Shown here in pieces: positions 1 to 9,398 of a stretch of DNA of 64,000 bases. Source of the DNA: Candidatus Undinarchaeales archaeon (GTDB lineage: Archaea; SpSt-1190; JASMDC01); contig JASMDC010000016.1 of the NCBI GenBank assembly GCA_030753015.1, positions 10,773 through 74,772 on the forward strand, written 5' to 3'. The first letter of the stretch is position 1. Each line of letters starts with the position of its first letter. The notes under the pieces are model-generated. The model made no database searches, was not told the origin of the DNA, and saw only the letters and a list, made by a program, of their open reading frames with translations. Made by a program: the position numbers and the translations under genes.

Positions 1-2
1 AC

Positions 3-1154
3 GAGCGGAGGACCGAGAACGTCACTGCTTTTGAGTCGATGGTCGCGATGGACCTCATCGTTGATAGAGGACGCTGTATCGGCGTCATGTGCCTCGATCG
101 CGAGAACGGAAATGTTGAGGCTTTCTTTGCCAAAGCGGTCGTGCTCGCGACCGGTGGTCTCGGCCAGGTATATGTCAACACCACGAACCCACGCATTGCC
201 TCCGGGGACGGCATTGCCATGGCGTACCGCGCTGGTGCTGTGATGCAGGATATGGAGTTCGTCCAGTTCCACCCCACAACACTTGATAAAAGGTACAAAC
301 CACACTTTCTCATTTCAGAAGCGGTACGTGGTGAGGGGGGAGTGCTCATCAATTCCAAGGGCGAGCGTTTCATGCACAGGTACCATCCATCCAAAGACCT
401 CGCTCCACGAGATGTCGTTGCACGTGCCATCCTTGGCGAGCGTAAGTCCGGCCCTGTCTACCTCGATATCTCCAAACGTCCCTCAAGGTTCATCAGGGAA
501 CGCTTCGCCTCAATCTTCGACCAATTATGGTGGTACGGCGTACGAATGGACAGGGAGCCGATACCCGTCTCACCTGCCGCGCATTACTGTTGTGGTGGAG
601 TACGTGTCGACGATCATGGGCGTACTTCACTAGAAGGGCTCTATGCCCTTGGTGAGACCGCGTGTACAGGCGTTCACGGAGCGAACAGGCTCGCGTCGAA
701 CTCCCTCCTAGAATGTCTGGTTTATAGCGCTCGTGCGGTGAGCGTCGTTACCGAGGACATGCGCAAGACCCAATCTCATGAAACAGAGGTCCCCAAGCGT
801 CCAATATCTCCTGAACGAGCGGATGTACGGCGGATTCGTCGAAGTGTCCGCTCCATGATGTGGCGGAACGTTGGAATCGTGAGGTCCGTACCCGGGATGA
901 AGAGGACGATAAAGACGCTGAACGATTTGAATGAACGCGTGCAGTCCCTGCTGAAAGAAGGTGTGAACGTACCTCTCCTCGAACTGAGAAACATAGTGGA
1001 GGCTGCACGTCTAATCACGACGGCAGCAATAATGAGGCGAGAGAGCAGAGGCGTACATTACGTGAAGGAGCTCCCGGAACGCAATGATGAACGATGGCGA
1101 TGCCACATTCTCCTTAGGCAAGACTATGATCCCATATGCCAACCGGTCGAGTAG
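3..1154 (+). CDS. nadB: L-aspartate oxidase, 5'-truncated by window edge
   Basis: Frame open from base 3. Motifs VVLATGG, MEFVQFHPT, LISEAVRGEG, LAPRDVVAR, HYCCGG, GVHGANRLASNSLLE and ESRGVH are typical of NadB. Confidence 0.93.
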   Translation, partial: ERRTENVTAFESMVAMDLIVDRGRCIGVMCLDRENGNVEAFFAKAVVLATGGLGQVYVNTTNPRIASGDGIAMAYRAGAVMQDMEFVQFHPTTLDKRYKPHFLISEAVRGEGGVLINSKGERFMHRYHPSKDLAPRDVVARAILGERKSGPVYLDISKRPSRFIRERFASIFDQLWWYGVRMDREPIPVSPAAHYCCGGVRVDDHGRTSLEGLYALGETACTGVHGANRLASNSLLECLVYSARAVSVVTEDMRKTQSHETEVPKRPISPERADVRRIRRSVRSMMWRNVGIVRSVPGMKRTIKTLNDLNERVQSLLKEGVNVPLLELRNIVEAARLITTAAIMRRESRGVHYVKELPERNDERWRCHILLRQDYDPICQPVE

Positions 1155-1162
1155 ATAGAGCC

Positions 1163-1882
1163 CTAATCACGAGAGAATATGCTCACACGCTGGTTAACCT
1201 CGACCTCGTCCAAGGCGTCGGACATGTCCTCGAGGACGGTACCGATGTCCTTGATGAAAGTGTAATCTGGGACTGAGAGCTCATCATGGAGCATGAGCGC
1301 CTCAATGAACTCAATATAGAGCTCATCGATCAGTTCCTCGAAACCTGAGACCTTCTTGCTCAACTCCTCCATGGTCGAAAGTTGCTCATGCTCCTTGAGC
1401 TCCAAGTAGAGCGTATCGGTCGTTTGTGTGAGCACTTCGACCATGCTTATGATCTTTTCTTGGACTTCTGGAGGGAAGTGTACGTTCTTTCCCACCTTGA
1501 GGAGTCTCGCGACGAACTCTACGTAATCCACAACCTCCTCCATCTTGAACAGAAGGCGCAGGAGATCTTCCTTCTCGTTGGCGGCGACGTCATCTAACGA
1601 TCTAATATCATCATGGATACGGTTGAAGAGTCGGTCAACTTCCTTCTCGATCGCTAGGATACGGTCCATTTCATTGTCTATACTCTTTCCCTCGAAGTAG
1701 TGAGAGAAGAGTGGTCTTAGGAGAGTGACGGTCTGGTCCAGTCGTTCAGCGAAACTGTCAAAGTCGTTTCTGAGTGTTGAATAGGTACTCTTGTTCATCC
1801 AGAAGAAGATCGAGTTGGGATTGATGAGCTTGACAGCACGCCGCATTTCATTTGCAGATACATTTTCCTTTATAAATTGCAT
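1163..1882 (-). CDS. DUF47/PhoU-like phosphate transport regulator family protein
   Basis: All-helical acidic protein with repeated ExExD-type motifs (IEKEVDRL, FEELIDEL, LEDMSDALDE). Start set at MQFIKE. Confidence 0.65.
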   Translation of the reverse strand: MQFIKENVSANEMRRAVKLINPNSIFFWMNKSTYSTLRNDFDSFAERLDQTVTLLRPLFSHYFEGKSIDNEMDRILAIEKEVDRLFNRIHDDIRSLDDVAANEKEDLLRLLFKMEEVVDYVEFVARLLKVGKNVHFPPEVQEKIISMVEVLTQTTDTLYLELKEHEQLSTMEELSKKVSGFEELIDELYIEFIEALMLHDELSVPDYTFIKDIGTVLEDMSDALDEVEVNQRVSIFSRD

Positions 1883-1909
1883 CCTTGCCCCACCAGGCAA
1901 CCTAAAGAT

Positions 1910-2215
1910 TCACTCTATATCATTGACCTCTTTTAGCACGAGAGGGGTTGATGGTAGGTTCTGCCCAACGACCTTCTTAGCAATCTTGACGGCATGGTCC
2001 TCGCTCATCGCATTGAAAACCTTCAGTGAGAAATTGATAGCTACTAGTCCCGTATTAGCGACGATAACAGGCTCGCCCTCAATGGACACCTCCACGAAGC
2101 TGGCACTCTTGTTCAGAAGCCTCGATGTAAGCGAAAGCGCCTTGTTGATGGTCTCCTCCTCTCCATCAACACCCCGCACCACGATGGCGCCTTGTAGTAT
2201 AACGTGATAGTTCAT
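1910..2215 (-). CDS. UPF0212 (DUF555) family archaeal protein
   Basis: MNYHVILQGAIVVR...ANTGLV...KVFNAMSEDHAVKIAK matches the family pattern as recalled. Confidence 0.8.
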   Translation of the reverse strand: MNYHVILQGAIVVRGVDGEEETINKALSLTSRLLNKSASFVEVSIEGEPVIVANTGLVAINFSLKVFNAMSEDHAVKIAKKVVGQNLPSTPLVLKEVNDIE

Positions 2216-2317
2216 CTCGTCACGCCTCCCCCAAGGGAACCCCTCGCAGTATAATTAAGGTCTCGGACCCATAAAAACATTACTCTTTACTACGCCCCTC
2301 ATTCCTTATCGCGGTCA

Positions 2318-2698
2318 TTACGGTGTGTTCTTTTCCCGTTTACCCTCTTCGTTCTCATCATTATCGTCCTTCTCAGCGATATCGGCCTTAAGGCCGAATC
2401 CGCCCTTGAGGAAGAACAGGGCACCGAGCATGTATGACACAAGGGCAAGGAAGGCAAAGACGGTCCCGAGGAATGCATCCTCAGCATATAGGATATTGAG
2501 ATAGGCGAAGACAGGGATGACGAGCATGCATCCTGCCCCGAGGGTTATCCAGAAGTACCGTCCATAGTACTCCTTCCATACCTGATAGTAATAGACGATG
2601 ACGACGACCCAGCTGAACATACCAAGAAGGAGCGTAAGAGTGAATAGGAAGAGACTGTCGCTTTGAGTTATCATATTGGCTGGGAGCACCATGAACAT
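2318..2698 (-). CDS. Small hypothetical membrane protein (about 3 TM)
   Basis: Hydrophobic segments and a charged C-tail; TTTATAAA box at 2719-2726. Start codon uncertain. Confidence 0.65.
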   Translation of the reverse strand: MFMVLPANMITQSDSLFLFTLTLLLGMFSWVVVIVYYYQVWKEYYGRYFWITLGAGCMLVIPVFAYLNILYAEDAFLGTVFAFLALVSYMLGALFFLKGGFGLKADIAEKDDNDENEEGKREKNTP

Positions 2699-2746
2699 GA
2701 CCACGATTGCATTCAATATTTATAAACCCGTATTCTATGGACCAAT

Positions 2747-3301
2747 TCATCCGCCCTTCTTCGAAGGTTTCTCGACCGGCTTCTTCTCTGTAGAGGACGT
2801 CTTCTTACTCTCCGCTTTCTTCTTGGGCGCCACTTCCTTAGCAGGGGCCTCTTCCTTCTTCGTACCTTGAGGAACCGCTTTCTTGGAGATGAAGTAGATT
2901 GGTACCTCGGGTGTCATGACTTCCTCTCCGATAACATGGCAATCGAAGGCCTTGAGCGCATCAGGGGTCACTATGAACCATAGAGCTTTTCTCTTGTTCT
3001 TCAGCAGCACCCGGTCAGTTGTGGTTATCTTACAGAGCTTGCGGTGAGTGTGATATTCACCGACGACGTCCAGCTCACGTTGCTCGGCCATTTGGATTGC
3101 ACGCTCAGTGCCCTCTTTCTCCGGGATGAGATGATGATGCCACTGATCGGCAGTGTTCCGAATGTTGATTATATCATTGATGATGATCCGGTTCTCGGTC
3201 TCCTTCCCAACGACAATCCCGCACCGCACTTTACGCCGCATTTTATCAGCTTCTTCAAGCATCTTAGCAGCGGCCTGCTTATGCATGTACAGGGTCTTCA
3301 T
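2747..3301 (-). CDS. JAB1/MPN (Mov34) domain protein with Lys/Glu/Pro-rich tail
   Basis: CGIVVG and VVGEYHTH...TTTD resemble the JAMM motif. Confidence 0.7.
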   Translation of the reverse strand: MKTLYMHKQAAAKMLEEADKMRRKVRCGIVVGKETENRIIINDIINIRNTADQWHHHLIPEKEGTERAIQMAEQRELDVVGEYHTHRKLCKITTTDRVLLKNKRKALWFIVTPDALKAFDCHVIGEEVMTPEVPIYFISKKAVPQGTKKEEAPAKEVAPKKKAESKKTSSTEKKPVEKPSKKGG

Positions 3302-3337
3302 CCTGTACGTGTAGGACTCTTTGTTGCATTATAAAGG

Positions 3338-5215
3338 TTACGGCTTTCCCGGAATCGTGGAACGAGGACACAGGACAGCGAACACACGGTAGCCGTTCTG
3401 TTGGTAGACTTCTTCGAACACGGGAGCGGGGGTGCCATCCTGCGGCCGAAGGTAGGCATAATCTACATTGTACCGGTTGAGGATATCACAGTCCCCTGCG
3501 AGCATGCTCTTGGTATCTCGCCACTCCTGATCATAATCAAGACCATGACTGGAGAGCCACCCATTGTAGCCAATGAACGTTCGTCGGCCAGCCAGCGAAG
3601 TAATGGCATTATTGTGGTGGATATGCCCTTTGAAGCCCGCGTCGGCGCAGAACACGGCATCTGGTGGAGTGTTATCCCGGACCCACTCAGCTACCGCAAT
3701 GGCATCATCAGAGAAAAGGAGGGATGTACTCCCGAACATCGGTGTGAGGAAGAGTACGCTCGAGGCGAACAATGGAATTAGAATAAGACCCCCCAAGGGG
3801 CTCCATCGCATCGGGCGCTCAGCTCCCGCACAGATGGCAGGGAGAGATCCAATAAGCCAACAGAGCACTAGCTTGGAATTATCCCATTCCCATGGTTGGA
3901 GGATAACGACGTTGGTGATGAGCAACAGCGGTGCTGTCGCGACAACAAGGATGAGCGCTTTACGCGGAAGATGATAGAGACCGATGAGATACGTCAAGAG
4001 GATGACTCCGAGGTTCTTGCACCAGAACCAGATGACATCATTGGCCGTAGCCCCTTCGTCGACCATCCACCACCATTGCTGACGAATAAAACCCTCCTGT
4101 GAGAACTGACCTGACATAGAGACTACCTGAGGTGTCGCTAGTAGAATGACTGGCAAGACGAACAACAGAGCATCCTCCATCCCGCTGCGGTCCCGCACAT
4201 GGATCAATGCGAATCCGACGGCGACCACGGATATGGAGAGGAATGAGTGTGCATGGAAGAGCGGGAGGAGTCCGGCCATCAATCCTGCAAGCGCAAAGTG
4301 TCGTCGACGATTGTACCGGGTCAGAGAAATCCCCCGCACCAAGAGGAGGAGGACCGCTGAGAATACTGAGAGACCGATGAGAGTCGTACGCTGCGGAAGG
4401 AGGAACGCCCAGGTCGTATTATGAAGATGGTAGCCCGCTTGACCGAGCTCACCATCCGAGAAGGTCTTGAACATGATGGCGTGAAGGAACTGGAGACCTC
4501 CCGCGAAGAAGAACACGGGCGGGGCAAGGTCTGCGGCTCTGTTCTCACCGAGAGCCTCACGTACCAAGGCATAGACCAAGGTGGCAAGACATGCATAGAG
4601 GAGGATGTTCGGCAAAAGAACGGCAGACCGTAGGGAGGCTCCGAGATTCACGAGCACTGCTGAGACAAAATCGATCATGAATGGATAGTGGGCCGGTACC
4701 GAAGGCATAATGGGGTATACGGGCGGCAGGTTCGCTCCGTGGGCGATCGACGTAATGAACGCTAAATGGATGGGAAGGTCACCCCAGACTGGATGAATTG
4801 AATGGAGACCTCCGGATCCCTGACTGAGGAACACCCTTGACGAGATAAAATATAGCGGTGCGAGCACGACAAAGAGAGAGACACGGTAGGATAACGGGTA
4901 TGACGGAGCGTCATTCGTCCATCGCGAAAAGCGTAGGGAGATAAGGGCGAGCACGGACACGGTAAGGAAGGACAAACCGGGTGCGAGTCCCTCGTTCACA
5001 AGGGCGACGATGTAGATGACCGGACCAACAACAAGTACTCCGAGCACGAAGGCGAGGCAGCCACGGGCCTCCGAAGTCAGACCGTCCAACCGCGAGACTG
5101 GTCCGAATCCAACGACCATCACGAATGCAAGGAACAGCACATCGACGAGCACAGAACGGACTCGTGGATTAACAATAAAAATGGATGGTGAGCGCTTCAG
5201 AGCTCCCCCGACCAT
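3338..5215 (-). CDS. Polytopic membrane protein, probable GT-C-fold glycosyltransferase with C-terminal extracellular domain
   Basis: More than 10 TM segments, WGDLPIH loop, C-terminal AEWVRDNTPPDAVF...YNVDY...EEVY domain typical of archaeal GT-C/AglB-like proteins. Confidence 0.65.
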   Translation of the reverse strand: MVGGALKRSPSIFIVNPRVRSVLVDVLFLAFVMVVGFGPVSRLDGLTSEARGCLAFVLGVLVVGPVIYIVALVNEGLAPGLSFLTVSVLALISLRFSRWTNDAPSYPLSYRVSLFVVLAPLYFISSRVFLSQGSGGLHSIHPVWGDLPIHLAFITSIAHGANLPPVYPIMPSVPAHYPFMIDFVSAVLVNLGASLRSAVLLPNILLYACLATLVYALVREALGENRAADLAPPVFFFAGGLQFLHAIMFKTFSDGELGQAGYHLHNTTWAFLLPQRTTLIGLSVFSAVLLLLVRGISLTRYNRRRHFALAGLMAGLLPLFHAHSFLSISVVAVGFALIHVRDRSGMEDALLFVLPVILLATPQVVSMSGQFSQEGFIRQQWWWMVDEGATANDVIWFWCKNLGVILLTYLIGLYHLPRKALILVVATAPLLLITNVVILQPWEWDNSKLVLCWLIGSLPAICAGAERPMRWSPLGGLILIPLFASSVLFLTPMFGSTSLLFSDDAIAVAEWVRDNTPPDAVFCADAGFKGHIHHNNAITSLAGRRTFIGYNGWLSSHGLDYDQEWRDTKSMLAGDCDILNRYNVDYAYLRPQDGTPAPVFEEVYQQNGYRVFAVLCPRSTIPGKP

Positions 5216-5862
5216 TCCTTGGAGAGGCGTTCGAGAAATGATCCCATGTAGTTATGTCGTTCGAGCGCTAGTCGCTGAGCGGATCGTGTGCGGATATCGT
5301 CCTTCAACTTGAGGAGCTTCTCATGGAAATGGGCCACTGCTGAGCCATCCTGTTGAGTAGGATCGTAGGGCCCGGCCCTGCCACGGTCCCCGGGCTCACC
5401 CATGGGCGTATCGTGAGCACCGCTGAACATGAAGCACCGAGCTACACCAATAGCACCCATGGCGTCGAGGTTGTCAGCATCCTGGATGATGATCGCTTCG
5501 ATGGGGAGCGAGGACCGGATCCCCCGTTTCGTGAACGAATAGTCCTCGTGATGTGCGATGCAGTACAGCACGTCATCAACATGCTCTATCGGGAATCCCA
5601 CTTGCTCCAGGATACTGCGTGCCAATGGGAGCGATTCCTTAGCAGAATGGTAGTGCCCGCTCTCGAGTTCCATGAGCCGGTGGAGGTCGTGAAGGAGCGC
5701 TGCTGCCCCCACTATCCTTATGTCCGCGCCCTCCTCCTCGGCCAACCTTAGCGCGAGCGATGTCACGCGCCTCAGGTGATGGAGGTCATGCCCGGTCGCA
5801 TCCTGAGCGAACCGTTGGGCGACGATCTCTTCGATGTCATCGAGGGATTGAGGACGGTCCAT
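5197..5862 (-). CDS. HD-domain phosphohydrolase
   Basis: GHDLHHLRRV, AALLHD, QDADNLDAMGAIGVAR, HFHEKLLKL. Confidence 0.9.
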   Translation of the reverse strand: MDRPQSLDDIEEIVAQRFAQDATGHDLHHLRRVTSLALRLAEEEGADIRIVGAAALLHDLHRLMELESGHYHSAKESLPLARSILEQVGFPIEHVDDVLYCIAHHEDYSFTKRGIRSSLPIEAIIIQDADNLDAMGAIGVARCFMFSGAHDTPMGEPGDRGRAGPYDPTQQDGSAVAHFHEKLLKLKDDIRTRSAQRLALERHNYMGSFLERLSKEWSGEL

Positions 5863-5885
5863 GGACCTCCACCTTCCCCAATCAC

Positions 5886-5893
5886 TTTTTATA
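5886..5893. promoter_or_regulatory. TATA box between divergent genes, likely shared
   Basis: TTTTTATA lies about 24 nt from both the ATG at 5862 (-) and the ATG at 5917 (+). Confidence 0.55.
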
Positions 5894-5916
5894 GTTTGGT
5901 GAACCGGTTCGCGTCG

Positions 5917-6543
5917 ATGCAAGGGAGAGAGGTCCGTCTTGCTATCAAGGTCTTACTTGTGACGATCGTGCTCTATCTTGCAGTGTTCTACGGTATGAGG
6001 GACGCGTACAACAAGAGCAGGCCATGGCTCGGTGCCGTCGTCAAGCCGGCCGAGATCGACGCGGCACGATGGATGGGTGAGCATCTTCCTGAGAACACCA
6101 TCGTCAACGGTGACATATTCGGCGGTGAGATGTACATGGCCGTCGCAGGTGTGCGTAACGGTGTGGGTGGTGATTGGTTCCTCGTGAACGAATCGGATAA
6201 ATGGATGTGGGACTGCCAGCATATCTTCACTACTCATGATGCAAAGAATGCCTGGGAACTGGCCAAGAAACGTCAAATGGCCTACATCGTAGTTCCACCG
6301 AATGACCGGGCCATCCATTGTGGATTCGGGTGGAAGTCCCACTGCCCCCCCGCCAAGGAAGGAGAGGAATGTGTCGATCGGAAGAAATTCTCGGATCCTC
6401 AGTTTTTCCAACGTGTCTATGCACGTGACGAAGTAGAGATCTTCCGTGTTATCGGTGTCGATGAGGACGCCTGGCCGTTCAAGGAGGGACGCGATCTCGT
6501 ACCATGGTTTATCGTTCCTGGTGAAGGGGGCGACCAAATATGA
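5917..6543 (+). CDS. Membrane-anchored protein resembling the C-terminal extracellular domain of GT-C/AglB-like proteins
   Basis: One N-terminal TM, then AARWMGEHLPENTIV...AYIVV...FQRVY...EIFRV. Confidence 0.65.
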   Translation: MQGREVRLAIKVLLVTIVLYLAVFYGMRDAYNKSRPWLGAVVKPAEIDAARWMGEHLPENTIVNGDIFGGEMYMAVAGVRNGVGGDWFLVNESDKWMWDCQHIFTTHDAKNAWELAKKRQMAYIVVPPNDRAIHCGFGWKSHCPPAKEGEECVDRKKFSDPQFFQRVYARDEVEIFRVIGVDEDAWPFKEGRDLVPWFIVPGEGGDQI

Positions 6544-7799
6544 GGCCCGCTGACATTTTCGATCATCTCCGGGTTAATTTCGGATCCCTCAAGGGCACAT
6601 TGGAGCAGTTTTTTGACATGACTGCCGAATCCTTGCTCGTTGAAGCCCTCCTTATAGCGACCATCCTGCTCCTCCTACGGACGCTTCTCAATAGCGATAG
6701 GAAGGATGTCTCCCTAGAGGACGCTATAGCCCGTTCCCTCATACCTCTCATCCTTCTCGGTAGCATATGGATGAACTACCAGGGAGTAACCCAGTTCATA
6801 CTCCCCAACTATGGTAACACTATGTACCAGCTCGCGTTCTCACGCTTCATCATGGAGCACGGTGAACGTGTGCCCCTTGCACTTGAGTACGGAGGGCTCT
6901 CCCGTAACTACTATGTGCCGGGCTTCCGCGTTCTCATAGGCGTGATGGGTATCGTCCTTTCACAAGATATCGTACCTACTGCACAGATCTTCATGATCCT
7001 ATTCTCACTTATATTCCCCCTGGTGTTCTATTCGGTCGGAAAACGGTTGACAGGCCGACCGGCAGGTGGGCTGGCCGTGGCGCTCATGTTCCTCACGGCA
7101 CCCGAGCTCCAGATCTACGTGGTCCGACCGCTCCCTCAGATGCTCGGGCTCTTCTTCATCCCGCTCATAATCTACGCATTCACCCTTTCCTATCCCCTTA
7201 TGGCCCTCTTCGGATTCATGGTTGGAATGATCCATCCACAGTCCATGGCATCTGTCTGCTTCACCCTGGGAATGGCCGCCCTTCTCTACGGTGTCGTGAT
7301 CATGCGCTCCATTCTCTTTCTCCGTCGTCCCGTGAGCGGACGTGAGCTCTTCATGTTGATAGGTATCGCTCTGCTTGTCGGAGGACCGTACCTATTGTGG
7401 CACCGGCTCCAGGCAGGCACGTTCTCTCTCGATGTGCTCGCACCGGCCAAGTTCAAGGAGTTCGGTAAATCGCTGGGGATCAGTGACTACCTCGGGACCG
7501 GTGAGTTCGTGTTCGCGTTCGGGATCGTGGGAGCGTACCTTCTCGCACTGGATACTCGTTACGCTCACCCGCGAGGACGTATGCTCGTGCTCGGGTGGGT
7601 GCTGGGGACCTTCCTCCTGACAAAGAACGAGGTTCTAGGCGTGGGTTCACATACTGAGCGTTTCCTTGCCTTTCTCCAAGAGGCACTGGCAGTGACCTCA
7701 GGACTCGTTGCGTATTACCTATGGCGCCTGCTCGATGACGATGTCGGGCCGGGGCCCACCGAAAAAGGCTTAAAAGGTATAGGACGACCTTCGTTCTAG
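6540..7799 (+). CDS. Polytopic membrane protein, GT-C-like membrane domain
   Basis: About 11 TM segments, YYVPGF and ERFL motifs; ATGA overlap with the upstream gene. Confidence 0.65.
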   Translation: MRPADIFDHLRVNFGSLKGTLEQFFDMTAESLLVEALLIATILLLLRTLLNSDRKDVSLEDAIARSLIPLILLGSIWMNYQGVTQFILPNYGNTMYQLAFSRFIMEHGERVPLALEYGGLSRNYYVPGFRVLIGVMGIVLSQDIVPTAQIFMILFSLIFPLVFYSVGKRLTGRPAGGLAVALMFLTAPELQIYVVRPLPQMLGLFFIPLIIYAFTLSYPLMALFGFMVGMIHPQSMASVCFTLGMAALLYGVVIMRSILFLRRPVSGRELFMLIGIALLVGGPYLLWHRLQAGTFSLDVLAPAKFKEFGKSLGISDYLGTGEFVFAFGIVGAYLLALDTRYAHPRGRMLVLGWVLGTFLLTKNEVLGVGSHTERFLAFLQEALAVTSGLVAYYLWRLLDDDVGPGPTEKGLKGIGRPSF

Positions 7800-7812
7800 G
7801 TAGGATCAGGCC

Positions 7813-9351
7813 ATGAAAGGCGTTATCAGCTCCGGCCATCAGATCACAAGCGAGGTCGGTGCTCGGATTCTCAAGAACGGAGGGAATACCTTCGATGCCG
7901 CTGTCGCCGCATGCACCGCCAGCTGCATTACGGAGCCCACCCTTACAAGCCTCGGCGGTGGTGGCTTCGCCATCGTCCACGACGGTCCTACTAGCGAGGA
8001 TTGGATGCTTGACTTCTTTGTCGATATGCCCGGACTTGGAGGGGATGGCATCTCCATGGAAGGATTTGAGGATGTCACCGTCGACTTCGGTGGGAGCTTG
8101 GAGCACTACCACGCGGGCATCGGCTCGGCAACGCTTCCCGGGGTGCTCCCCGGGCTCCTCCACCTCCACGAAAGGGGAGGTACTCTTCCGCTGTGCGATG
8201 TCCTCGCTCCAGCGATCGAACTGGCAAAGCACGGGATCACGCTCACCCCGCATCAGGCCTCGTTCATCAAGCTCCTCTCGAACATCCTCGTCCTCACCCC
8301 CGAGAGCAGGAAGTTGTTCTTCTCGGACGGTAGCCCGAAGTCCGCTGGAGAGCTCTTCGTCAATCCGGACACGGGGCGTTTCCTCGAACTTTTCACGCAC
8401 GGTGACTGGCGAAGGACCCTTGAGGACGAGTTCTTCGGGAGAATCCTCGACCACATGGAACATGCTCCCGGGCTCATCACGTCCAAGGACGTTGAACACT
8501 ATACTCCCCTTTATACAGAACCCCTCTCCGCCTCGTTCCTGGACCAGCAGCTCATATCCAATCCGCCACCATCAATCGGTGGTCTCCTCATCGCGTTCAT
8601 CCTCAAGAGCATCGAACGACACGACCTGACGTCCCTTGAGCGCCTTGGCCCCGAGTACATCACCTATTTCGCCAATGCGCAGATCGCGTCGGTCGCCATG
8701 CGGCGGGAGATGATGGACGGGCATATCCACGACGAGGGCTTGGTCGAACGGGTGCTCGCGGCCGAGAGCATCGATCGTTTTACCAATGCGACACCCGTCA
8801 CGAACAACTCCCCCATGCTCGGTAACACGACCCATCTTTCTGTCACAGATGCGCATGGAACCGCGATAAGCCTCACCTCCTCCAACGGTGAGAACGCAGG
8901 CACCGTCATCCCCGGTACCGGCATCCAGTACAACAACATGCTCGGTGAGGGTGACCTCAATCCTGAAGGATGCCAGTCACATCCGGTGGGTAAAAGGCTT
9001 CCGTCATCCATGTCACCATCCATCGTCCTCCGCGATGGTAATGTGGTCGCGGTCCTTGGGAGCGGCGGCTCGGAACGCATCATCAGCGCCATCGCCCAGG
9101 TCATCCTCAACCACGTCGTGTTCGGGCTTGACGCCGCAAGTTCCGTGGAGGCCCCACGGGTCCACTACCACAGGGACATCCTCCAAATGGAACCCGGCTT
9201 CCCCGACACGACCATCAAGGCCCTCAGTAAACGGTTCGAAGTAAGTTCCTGGAAGGAGATGAACCTCTTCTTCGGAGGTGTCCATATGACCACGGGGAAC
9301 ACTGGTGGTGGCGATTCGAGACGAGCGGGTGCTGTTGTCCGTGTGGACTGA
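7813..9351 (+). CDS. ggt: Gamma-glutamyltransferase
   Basis: GGNTFDAAVA, SLGGGGF, autocatalytic NTTHLSV, SSMSP, LGSGG, GDSRR. Confidence 0.92.
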   Translation: MKGVISSGHQITSEVGARILKNGGNTFDAAVAACTASCITEPTLTSLGGGGFAIVHDGPTSEDWMLDFFVDMPGLGGDGISMEGFEDVTVDFGGSLEHYHAGIGSATLPGVLPGLLHLHERGGTLPLCDVLAPAIELAKHGITLTPHQASFIKLLSNILVLTPESRKLFFSDGSPKSAGELFVNPDTGRFLELFTHGDWRRTLEDEFFGRILDHMEHAPGLITSKDVEHYTPLYTEPLSASFLDQQLISNPPPSIGGLLIAFILKSIERHDLTSLERLGPEYITYFANAQIASVAMRREMMDGHIHDEGLVERVLAAESIDRFTNATPVTNNSPMLGNTTHLSVTDAHGTAISLTSSNGENAGTVIPGTGIQYNNMLGEGDLNPEGCQSHPVGKRLPSSMSPSIVLRDGNVVAVLGSGGSERIISAIAQVILNHVVFGLDAASSVEAPRVHYHRDILQMEPGFPDTTIKALSKRFEVSSWKEMNLFFGGVHMTTGNTGGGDSRRAGAVVRVD

Positions 9352-9398
9352 GCTCCCGTCGGCAAGGTTTATCAGATTGCGTACAATTCTCCCTATAC

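Noticed and set aside
7480-8499. 339-aa minus-strand ORF, and the many similar antisense or off-frame ORFs (e.g. 32581-33534, 38237-38980, 43758-44528)
   Set aside because: They overlap well-supported genes and are expected shadows of GC-rich, codon-biased DNA; no motifs.
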